Source: the human T2T-CHM13v2.0 reference genome, Homo sapiens
Assembly (NCBI RefSeq): GCF_009914755.1
Contig: NC_060935.1
Direction: 5' to 3' (one strand)
Length of the DNA: 64,000 nucleotides
This document shows positions 29,321 through 40,553 of this stretch, piece after piece. The stretch's first letter is position 1. Each line of letters begins with the position of its first letter. The notes beneath the pieces are model-generated. The model was not told the DNA's origin, searched no databases, and saw only the letters and a program-made list of their open reading frames with translations. Made by a program: the position numbers and the translations under genes.

Positions 29321-30519
29321 AGAGAGAGAGAGATAATGGCAACTCTTTGTTGAACAACTTATCTATAGGAACTAAATACTTCCATTGGCATTAGCAACAT
29401 ATACCAGAGTTGAAATGGTTTTAATGCAATGTACCAGGTATTCTTGAATCTGAAGCCCTGCAATTCTTTTCTCTATATTCTATGAAGTAAATGTTCAAAT
29501 TCACATGTAGCTCATTTTAATGTTTCATTCCAAGGGTGGTTTCTTTACCAATGGATTCCCAAGTGTATTTTTTCAAAGAGCGCTTAAAATGTTTCTACTT
29601 TAAAAATGAAGCTTTTTTACAGGATAGCTATTTAAAAATGGGCAACACCCTAGTGAGAGGAAGAGTACTGTTAATAAATTTGATTTTAATGAACCTGGCA
29701 GGGCAGAGCAAGCAGGACCCTGCCATTGCTGAATTGGCCTCAAAAACAGTAAAGCACAGGAAATGGGATGACAGCAAATTTCAAAGCACAGCAAAATTCT
29801 CATTAATGCTGAACATGGAAATCACACTTCAGCTTAAAATTTGCTGAAACAGAAATAGAAAACAAACAGGAGGCCCTTTGGGTCTTCTTGTGTACAAAAA
29901 AAATGAGTGATGGATTATTCTTTAGGATTCTATGACAATCAGTTTTGACTGCTTGTTTTTCAGGGAGCTTTTATCTTCAGATTCATTCTCAAGGTGAGCT
30001 CATCTAGTGCATTCTCCCCAGTGTGTTCAAGCGTGCACCAAGGACTATCCTACACACAGAAACTTGAAGAGGAAAGCTTTTCAGCCTTAAAGTAAATAAA
30101 TAAATAAATAAATAAGGCTTCTGCATTGCAGCTAATGGCCTCTTACAGAGGCTTGCAGAGAATAAACACAGTTTAGAAGCATGGTTAGTAACAAACCCAA
30201 AAAAATTAATTATGATTTTTTTGTTCTTTGGTGTGTGTGTGGTTTTTTTAAAAGAGAAAATGCATTTTTCTAGTTCAATCAACTTAATAGACCTTTTCCC
30301 TCCTTGCAGAATAAGAAACAATGTGTTTTCAAAGGACTATGGTACTTAATATTTGAAAATCAGATTTTATTTTCTAAACTTGACTAATCTACAACTTTCA
30401 AATGTAGTGAGTTACAGACCATCATTTATAAGGTGATCCCTTGGAAGTTTGAAAATACTTTCTAATGGGGAAAAAGTGTTCTTTTCATTGTGTTTTCATA
30501 TTAACACAAGTCTCGCTAA

Positions 30520-30876
<357 letters not shown>

Positions 30877-33437
30877 TAGTAGGACTATCCTACCTTTTAT
30901 TAGTAGGAGTAAAAAATAGAACTTTTTACTCCTAAAAAATAGAACTTTTTACTCCTACTAATAAAAGGTATTATATTAAATAAATAGCACTATTTCAGGT
31001 TAGAGAAAACACAAACATTACAGCCAAAGCCACCTGAAATCTGAGTTGAATTCTAGGTTAGCTGCTTACCAGATTTGTGATATTGAATGAATAGCTTTAC
31101 CTCTCTGAACCTCAGTGGCTTCACCCATAAAATGGGGGTAATACCTACATCCCAAAGTTGCTGCTGTGAGGCCAGCACATGGGCTGAGAGCTGCTTCTGG
31201 AGTCAGATGTCTGGGTTTGGATTATGGCTCTGCCATTTACTTGCTGGGAGCCATAGGCAGGTTATTTAACTTCTCCACACATCAGTTTCTTCACCTATAA
31301 AATAAGAATAACATAGAAACTTACCTCTGGAGTTGTGTCAATTGTGTTGGGTTGAGTCAATATGTATAAAGTGTTTCAAATAATACTTGGCATGTGGTAA
31401 GCACCATAAAAGTGTTTGTTTTTATTATTATTATTTTGTTAGGTATGTTTTCTGTCTCAAACAACAATAATGAACTATCCTAAGTTTAAAAATAGATAGA
31501 TCGATGGAAAGATAAATAAATAGATAATAGTTACCTAGGAAACTGATTTGGTTCATGGTAATTTACCACTATATATAGGAAACAGATTTCATCCCCTAGA
31601 TTGTGTAAATGAAAACATGGAGAAAGAAGGAAGGATTGTGTCCAGCCAAAACCACAATTTCAGCTGCACATTCACCTGGTTTAGAAAGAATGTCAAGTGT
31701 TACCTATTCTTCAGCAAAAGGAAAACAAGCAACAAGTCTCTGCAGCCAGACATAGAAAGCATTGTTTTGAAAAAACTGGAAAGAAGATCTCAGACATGCT
31801 TGGGCAAGATTATTATTCTACTGCATTTTAATTGCAATTTCCATACTAAAAATAGTTGCATTAGACTTCATTTATCATTGTTCAATAGCCCCATTTGTGG
31901 AATATGAAAATATTTAATGCCTTGCAAATGAAGACAGCTGGATGCTTAAAACCCAGTCTGAAGAATTAGAGAGTCTTACTGTATTATTTTCCCCTGGTAC
32001 AATGAAATTGCTGTTTGTCTTTCATACTCTCAAGTTCTAAGATTAGGAAAGAGTGAGGGAAAAGGTTTGATTTTAATAGGGAGGTTACCAACTATTTTGG
32101 TTTCATCTACTTGGAAAGGTTAACTCCTAAACCTTATAATGGACCATGAATCATGGCCAACCTTCCAAGGTGCCAATATTGCACTCTGCATTAGGGGAAG
32201 AGAGTGGAGTAGATAAGGTGGGGATTATGTGAGAAGAGCTGGTTCACTCTAATTTCCAAAGCCTGCTGTCCCTGGGAAGCATGAAATCACCAAGACCATG
32301 GCCTCAGGAAAAAAATTATGTTTTCCCCCTTTGGGCCCAGACCAGAGCTCTTGGTTAAGGCATTGACCTGGCGTAGCGTGTGGGGTTGTGGTGTTTTAGT
32401 GCAGAGGTCCTTTAGCTATGAATGTTCCTGGGCAGCAGAGTGTCTTCCCCAGAAGCAGAGCTTCAAGCTGGAGAATGTCCAAAAAATAAAAATAATACCA
32501 AGCACCACTAAAACTGTAAGTTATATTGAATTCCATCTTGAAACTGGAAATTCACAATACAACTCTTGGTATTTCTCTGTCAGTGTATTGAGATTAAAAG
32601 GAACTCCAAGGCATAAAAGCAGATCACCCTGGAATTTTCCAGGGATCCCAGCCCAACCAGGGCAAGTCATCTCAAAGGCTGTTCAATTTGAAGGTGGATA
32701 ACTGGTGACTAACTAAGAAGAAAAAACCAGAATAACATGAAGTGGTGCCAGAAAACACATGAAGTGTTCTGGGACACTTGGCTCTCCTGGTTTCCTTTTA
32801 AAATTATTTTTATTTTTATAAACAACTTTGCAGAAAGTTTATCCCATAACCTCTTCAATAAAATGTAATCAGTGAGCTACTGCTAGAATACTTATAACTT
32901 TGTCCATATGTACACATCTTATTTACAAAATTTCAGTCACTCTGTATATGATGGGAGTCTTACTTTTCATATTACATTATTTGGCTTTTTTCTATATATT
33001 TATGGCTTAACTTCATATTTAACATTTTAAAGGATGGCGTTGTATTTTATCCAGCTGATATAACTACTTATTTTCTCAAAAGTGAATAAACTTTCTAGTC
33101 CTTATTATTGGACTTCCTGAACAATGACAGCAACAACAACAAAATCAACATTCACGCTGTAACTTATGAAAAAGTTTGTTTCTTTTCATACCCAATGAGA
33201 TACTTGATTTGAACATATTGTCAACTCACTGTGAGGCAGAAAAACATAAAAAATTTTGATAGTTGCAACTTTAAAAATTGGCTAACAAATGATAGAAACA
33301 ACTCAACTAAAGGAAACAATTTTAAAAATTTATTCTTTTGTCTCCCTATATTATGGAATGTGGTGCTTTTTGCTGGAAGTTGGTATGACTATTTGGAAAG
33401 CCAAAATGGCTCGATGTGCTGCACTCTGGAATCTCAT

Positions 33438-33740
33438 TGATTGATTGATTCATTCATTCATTCATTCATTCATTCATTGAACTTTTATTGCACACCTACT
33501 ACCTGCTGGATTCTATTCTAGATGTGAGAGATATGGCAGTACAAATAACCCTCCTCTCACAGACCTTACGGGGGAAAGCATACAATAAATAAATGAATAG
33601 ACAACAAAATGTCAGATAGTGATATGTGTTGAAAAGAAAATTCAAGAAGGGTAAAATGTGAAATGCAGAGGCTGCTGTAATATTTCAGAAGGGATGGGAG
33701 GTTTTCTCTGATGAGGGGGTAATTGAAGCCAGTGCTTAAA
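33438..33740 (-). mobile_element. L2 3' end with expanded (ATTC)n
   Basis: (TTCA)n, then tttattgcacacctactacctgc. Confidence 0.75.
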
Positions 33741-34139
33741 TCCTATGTGTATCTCTGGAAGGTGATGTCTTGCGTGTGTCCATGCAAGAAGTACAGCTCA
33801 CTTTTGCATGTCTTTATCATTTTTTATTAATTTGTTCAGACAATATTTGTTCTCATGAATGTGCTACTGCTTTGATAGCTATGGGAGATATAGAAGTGAA
33901 CTATGCAGGTGTGGCACCTGCCTCACAGAGTTTATGAGAAGACAAGAAATTACAAGTGTGACAGTGCTTTGAAAAAGGAAGTACAAGGTGCTGTTGTGGT
34001 AGATTTTTATAGCTGGGAGGTCAGGGAAGGTTTCCCTGAGGAAGTGACCTTTAAGCAGCGAAGCAAGTGTGAGCCAGATTCACGGGTCAAAGGCAATGGA
34101 AGTAAGGGAAATTTACAGGCAGAGGGGATCAGTGTGCAA

Positions 34140-34287
34140 TCTTTCTTTTTCTTTCCTTTCTTTCTTTCTTTCTCTTTCTCCTTCCTTCCTTCTTTTCCTT
34201 CTTTTCTTTCTTTCTTTCTTTTTCTTTCTTTCTCTCTCTCTCTTCTTTCTTTCTTTCTCTTTCTTTCTTTCTCTCTCTTTCTTTTTT
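34140..34287 (+). repeat. (TTTC/TC)n polypyrimidine tract
   Basis: ~148 bp of pure pyrimidine. Confidence 0.95.
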
Positions 34288-34901
34288 GGCTGTTGACTTT
34301 CACCTTTCTCACCTATCCAAATCTTCCAAGGTCTAAGAAGTAATATCACTTGATTATATTTTCTTGCCCTTCTCTGGTAAATGTGCAAATGTATGATTTT
34401 GCAGTAGATGAATAAAAGAAAATGTACATGCAGCACAGCAGTCAAAAACAACAATAATAAAAATACAACCCAAACTAATGGACTTTATTCATACTCAAGA
34501 TTTAGATGGTTTTATTTACAGTAAGTTTTATTGTCAATCTTTTGTTAGCTGGAGTGCTATCAATTTATGACACAGATTTTGGCTCATAAATTTCCCAAAG
34601 ACCACTTATCAAGCTATAGTCACTTGTGGTTTTGTATTTAACTCAAGTGCATATAATTTTCCATGTCTTTAAAATAAGTTTTATGGCAGAGAGAGAAGCA
34701 GCAGCAGGAGGAGATAACATTGAAACCTTATAAGAAAAAAATATGTAAGTTGTATTTCCTGTCTATACCAGCTGATTCTTTGAAACCCAGTGTGGTAATG
34801 AAGTAGAGTAGGAAAGCTGTGGGCCAGTCCCATTAGCCTACAGCTTCCAGAGGGCCCTGAGGTTTAAAAATCCCAAAGGATGTTCTTTTCAAAACTGTTT
34901 A

Positions 34902-35053
34902 CAGATGAGCCTCAACTTACGATGGGGTTATGTCCCGAAAAATCCATGGCAAGTCAAAAATATTGAAAGTTGAAAATACATTTAATATCCCAATATGCCA
35001 ATCATAAACTAGAAAAATCATAACTCAAACCACTGTGAGCCCAGGGCCATCTG
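34902..35053. mobile_element. MER47/Tigger5-family MITE
   Basis: TA-CAGATG...CATCTG-TA ends; cctcaacttacgatggggttatgtcccga. Confidence 0.8.
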
Positions 35054-35256
35054 TATAATAAAGAAATATTAGGAACTATGTGAATGCTTTCAATGAGAGA
35101 GTTTTGCATGAGGTATAGTTTCTCCATACAATAAAAATGCTGCAGCCATTAGACAGCCTGTTGTAGAAGGAGGCTCAATAACAAGAGAGAATGCATGTGA
35201 TAATTTTTTAAAAGCAAGATGACAAAACTTTGATGGGATAAAAATTACATCAAAAG

Positions 35257-35385
35257 AGCTGGGTGTGGTGGCATGCCTATAGTCTCAGCCACTTGGGAGG
35301 CTGAGGCATGAGAATTGCTCGAGTCTAGAAGTTCGAGTCCAGCCTGGGCAGCATAGCAAGACTCTGTCTCTGAAAAAGAAAAAAA
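35257..35385 (+). mobile_element. FLAM_A-type Alu monomer within an L1M 3' remnant
   Basis: Single monomer plus A tail; flanks aaaattacatcaaaa / aaaattaggtcaaaa. Confidence 0.85.
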
Positions 35386-36999
35386 TTAGGTCAAAATAGG
35401 ATATAGTTACAGAAAAAATACATTGATATTTTAATGTGGGTTATATCCGCTTAATGGAATTATAGATTATTTTTATTTTCTTCTTTATGTGTGTGCTTTC
35501 CAAATTTTTGATCACAAATGTAAATTGGTTTCATAATCTAAAAAAAAAGCAATAGATGTTCTTGTTCTTCCAAAGAGAAAGGAGAGATTTGAGTAGCAGT
35601 CATTCTTACAATGCACACACATCTGTATGCAGGATGAGAGTTTTCCTTAGGTAAATTCTGAGTCTGTAGCTTTTATATGAGTGGAGCAAAGGACCCAGAG
35701 CTCACTGCAGAGGATCTAAACAACCTTTGATGCTGGAGATCGTGCTTGGTGATTATAAACTTTTATTTTTAAAATACCAAACGAGAAAGAGAGGGCCAAT
35801 GAAGTAAGACAATGTTACAAGGAGTAGCTCTTTATAAGGAGTAATTCTATCAATGACAGGTTAAATGACATCACTGCTTACATCTCACCACGCCAGCTGC
35901 TGACTTATTAACTGGAATGTGTATATGGTGCATTAATAATGTGGTGTGGGGCCTGCATGCTAGTTGTTCCTTTATTTCGTTTATATGGAGAGTGTGTGTG
36001 TGTGCATGTATGAAATCCACCTTTATTTTCATGGCCTCTGGATTTTGTGTTATGCTTAGATGGGCCTTTTAAGATTATAGAACTTCTACTCATATTTTTT
36101 TCTAGTGGTTTTATAGGTTTGACTACATGCACTTAAATTCTCTTTTCCTATGGTTTATGTTTTAATGTAAGTACAGGGTAGGGGGCAAATTTTATGTGTT
36201 TCCCTATGGCTAGCTAGTTGTTTCAATAGCATTTATTGAAAAATCCATCTTCTTCCCAATCCTTTAAAATTCACTTTATAACTCAATTTTCCTATACTTT
36301 GGGTCTATTTCTGGATGCTATGCCTTTTAATTCGTCTATTGGTCTGTTTCTATACCAATACCAGACTATTTTATTACTACAGTTTAATAGTACACTTTGA
36401 TAATGTATGAGATCAAATTCCCCAGTCTATCCCTTCTTTCCTTTTTCAAAAGCATATTGTAAATTTTTTTGAGCTAATGCATTTCTGAAATGGCTTGCCT
36501 GAACACTTCACTTTGCTATACTAACTAGAATGGATTCTTCCTTTCTTTTATATTCTCCAGAAAGTGAACTCTAGTCTGCTCATCCCAGTGAAGCAGGGCA
36601 AAATTGATGCCAGTTTTTTGAAGACAGTGTCTATCTGTTCTTCAGAGCTTCTGTTGAGAAGCCATGTGGCCACTGGTGCTTTAGCTTCCTCTAGCCAAAC
36701 GGAAAAGCCCCTTTCACATCTGAGCACCAAGATCTTTGGAATCTTGGCCATGTCTGCAAGCAAGATCTAGTCTAAAGCCTAATTACACAGTCTAGGACAC
36801 ATTCCAAATGAGGTATTACTGCTCTCCCATTCTGAGCTGCTATGGCCATCCCATTAAAAAAAGAGCCAAGGAAGGTCTTTTCAAAAGCAGCTGAAAAAGC
36901 TATAAACACTGGTTAACTCATTAATGCCTGATTTTTTTTTAATTCTCATTTTTTGTACACCCAGATGTCAACCTTGGTTAACAGATCAAACCATTCACA

Positions 37000-37126
37000 A
37001 ATGTCAAATCCCAAAGAAACGCAATCAGAATCTTCCAGAACAGGACTCTGAAGTCTGTATTTTTTAAAACTCCCCAGGTAATTCTAATGGATCCAATCTT
37101 TGGATCAGAGTCAGGGAAACTACTGT
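37000..37126. mobile_element. MER5-family fragment
   Basis: aatcagaatct...tctgtattttttaaaactccccaggtaattctaatg. Confidence 0.65.
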
Positions 37127-37844
37127 AGATTATACTACTTTATCCTCACTAACTTCATCTGTAAAACAGGAGCAAGAAATATCTATTTCATAGAATTGTT
37201 AAGAGTGATACCTAATATGTATCACATCTTGACTGTATGCCAGGCACTGTGTTAAGGGCTTTCCATCTATCATCACATTGAACTCTTATAACAGCCCTAT
37301 GAAGTAGACACTAGATTATCCCCCTTTTACAGATGAGGAAACTGAGGTACAAAGAGGTTAAGCAATTTGATAAAAGTCATCCAGCTAGCAAGTGTGGAGG
37401 GCAAGCATATCAACTGCTAGGGTTAACGTGAGGATTATATTAAATAATGTATTTAAAGCATCTGGTACACAGTAGGTGCAAATAAATGCTCTCTCTTATC
37501 TTCCTTTTATCCACATGATTCTACTCATGCCCAGTAAAATTTACATTGAGGACAATATTTTGACCTTAGCAGTGCCCTAAGAATTGAAAGTTCAGTATCC
37601 TGGAAAGTAGAAAAGAAAAGGGAATTTAGGTAGTAGTGGAAGGAGGTGTTTGGGATCTCCAACAGAGAGAACCACAAAGAAAGGTGTAATTACACAGGGA
37701 AAAACAGGTGCACATGAGGGAAGACAGTTGCTTGGCCACTGAGGGTAGGATAAGGCAGGGTGATAACCTTTAAAAGAGGAAAGCCAGGGTACAAGATGAG
37801 AATCTCAGAGGAAGGGAGTCCAAAAAGACACCTATTTCAGCCCG

Positions 37845-39000
37845 CCTCCCACTGCATGGTAATCCAATTCTCACTTGGACATTTTTTGTGACAAGAAACT
37901 CAATTAATCAAGGCAGAGGATGCTCTAGCTGTTAGAAAATTGTTCATATTGATTCATTCTAGAGTTTCTACCCACAGGTTCTCCTTCAACCCCTTAAGGC
38001 CCTTAAGTATAAGTTTAATTTCTCTTCTATTTGACAGTTCTTCACATATATCAAGACAGTTACCTTGTACCCCTGGGGCAAAACCTTCTGCTTCCTTTAA
38101 TATTTCCTCATATGACATAGTTTCTAGCCTCTTTACATCCTGGTCCCTCTACTTGTGCATGTAGATAATTTCTTTCTGCCAAGTCTTAATTGCAGACAAT
38201 ACTTCATGTGGGTACTGACCAACACTGGGCAGCACAATAACACCTATCTTGCTTTACATGTCAGACTTCCACTGATGCAGCCTAAGAGCGTTTATTTATT
38301 TTGGCAGCCACAATTCACTGTGGACTCAGATTATTTGTCACCTAAGACCCTTTATCTTGCTCCTGTAAGCATCTAAGACACCTCTGCCTCCGGCTGGCTT
38401 CACACAGGGTGGGACTCCACATTTACCCCTGTTAGAGTCAGCCCACTGCTCCAATATTGTATGTGGTTTGTGTAACAGCGTCTCTTCCCCTCCTGGCTTT
38501 GTGTCATCTGGACATGTGATGCGAATCTTCTGGATTTTCCTTCAGAACACTGATAAAAGTTCTGATGTCTGGACCTGGGAGAGAGGCTTCTGTCATTCTG
38601 AGGGTAACTGGTGTGGTATAGAGGCTTTGAAATAAAAAGAAAAAGTCTAGTTTGAATCACGGCTCTGCCACCTACTGTGTGACCTTTGGCCAGCTAGCTA
38701 AATTCTGAGTTTCAGTTTCCCCATCTGTAAAATGGGGCAATAAAAGCTTCCTCACAGTGTGGTTATAAAGATTAAGGGAGAACATGAGGGGAAAGTACTT
38801 AGCACAGTGTCTGGTACGTAGTAGGTGCTGCTGGAATGCTGACTCCCTGCAATCTTCTTTTCGGTCAACGTCGACTCATCAATCAGCATCTTTAGGTTAT
38901 GGTTACTTAACCAGTTATTAGTCCAATTAATGATACTAGCATCCAGCCCATATTTCTTCATCTTGTCCATGATATCTTGTCAAGTGCTTCGCTTAAGTCC
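37845..39000 (-). mobile_element. Ancient L3/CR1 LINE reverse-transcriptase remnant, split by a MIR (~38625-38835)
   Basis: Minus-strand peptides DKMKKYGLDASIINWTNNWLSNHNLKMLID (~38880-38970), NLSPQ*IVAAKIN / TLLGCISGS (~38265-38332) and VLVSTHMKYCLQ (~38190-38225) match CR1 RT motifs in the expected order. Confidence 0.8.
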
Positions 39001-40178
39001 CACTTACCTAGAGTGATCTCCTCATGAAATGGGGGCAGAGACAAAGGAGCAATAAGATTCCACCTGCGTGTAAACTTCGGAAAAATAGCAAGCTACCGAC
39101 GGAGTTGCTTGACCTCGAAAACAGTCAGCATTCAGACCACAAGCACATATTGGGCACTCCGTGCCTGTCAATGAGCTGGGGATGGGCAATGGTGTTACAG
39201 AGATTAAAAAACGCAGTGTCTGTGTTCAAGGAACTTACCAGGCTAGAAGTCTAGAGTCACGGGGGCCAGTCTGGGTAACAGAATTAGGCCAATTTATTTA
39301 ATTCCATTTGTTCATGTATCCAGCCAACAGATATTTATGGTGCACTTGTTGGGTGCCAGCCCCGCCCCCACCACTCCACCCTACCCCAGCAGGCGCTAAA
39401 GGAGAGCTGACATGATGGATAACGAAAAAGAAGACGCTGTCCTTCTATTCAGGGAGTTTAACATCTGGAAGAGCCGGGAGTTCTTTGTGCTAAAGGCCCT
39501 CTACAAAGTGCCTGAGATGCAAAAATAAGTCACTTTCTCTGTCCTCTCAGCAACCGAGTCGCATGTCGTTATCAAATTTTTATTTTCTGTAACTGTTTCC
39601 TTCCGTCTTGCTCCGTAGACAGCTTTTTGCAGCAGAGAGCGCTGCTGCGGGGCTGGTGTCTACCCTTCAGTAAGTGGTCAAAACCTGGCTACTGGAAAGA
39701 AATGCAATGGAATCGCTCCGCGCTCGAGTATTCTCTTTGGAACTACGGGAATGACAGCTCCAGTGGGACACTTGGAGGTCATGATGAACGCAAAGAACGT
39801 GAGAACACTTGCAGTCCTCGGGGTGGAAATGCCTTCTAGAAATACTAAGTATCCGTTCTCTCGTTTAGACTTTGGCAAACCAGGGATTTTAGGAAGGGTC
39901 TGGCACTCAACGTTCCTAAAATTGGTTTCCTAGATGGAGCCGGAGGGAGAGAGGGAGTCAGGAACTGCTGCTTTTCGTCGGAATGCCCGGAGGGGAGAAG
40001 AAGAAGGAGGAGGGGTGAGGGCGGGCGGCCAGACGCCAGCCGGCAGGGGACCCAGAGAAGAGGGACATCCCGGGCGACCCCGAGGAGCGCGGCTTGGGCA
40101 CCGCAGTGGCCGCGGCTAGTGGGAGACCTGAGGGGAAAGGGAGAGGGCAGGGGCGAGGAACCCAGGGAGCGCGCGCGG

Positions 40179-40502
40179 ATTGGTCCTCTCCTCGGGGCGT
40201 GCGCTCCTGTGCGCCAAATGATTGGTGGCAGGAAAGTAGCAGGTAAACCGGCTCCCGCCGCCTCGCCATTGGTCAGCGGCCTCTCTAGCCGCCACACAAC
40301 TGGCCAGCGGGCTGCCGAGCCGCGCGCGGATTGGCTGGGGGCGGCCGCCGGGACCGGCTCCCTTCGGGCGTTCGGATTGGCTGGCGGGAAGAGGCAGGTA
40401 TCCGGGCGCCGCGGCTCCTCCATTGGTGGGCGGGGAAGGGGGGGTTGGGCACAGCGATTGGTGGGCGGGGGGCCGGGCCTGGGCCGGCGGGGAGCGGATT
40501 GG
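40179..40502 (-). promoter_or_regulatory. Array of eight inverted CCAAT (NF-Y) boxes with Sp/KLF GC boxes
   Basis: ATTGG at 40179, 40221, 40268, 40330, 40376, 40422, 40457, 40498; GGGCGG at 40428 and 40463. Confidence 0.85.
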
Positions 40503-40506
40503 TCGG

Positions 40507-40517
40507 AAAGTAGGTTA
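40507..40517 (+). promoter_or_regulatory. RORE 1 (ROR/REV-ERB element), AAAGTAGGTTA
   Basis: One-mismatch match to WAWNTRGGTCA; known variant site of the BMAL1 pair. Confidence 0.9.
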
Positions 40518-40542
40518 GTGGTGCGACATTTAGGGAAGGCAG

Positions 40543-40553
40543 AAAGTAGGTCA
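40543..40553 (+). promoter_or_regulatory. RORE 2, AAAGTAGGTCA
   Basis: Perfect WAWNTAGGTCA, 25 bp after RORE 1. Confidence 0.93.

Noticed and set aside
38752-38970. 72-aa ORF with a protein-like N-terminus
   Set aside because: CR1 RT fossil reading into a MIR; neighbouring RT parts have stops and frameshifts.
40167-40502. Regularly spaced repeats as a CRISPR-like array or ERSE elements
   Set aside because: Eukaryotic promoter with a 5-bp core only; no CCAAT-N9-CCACG arrangement seen.
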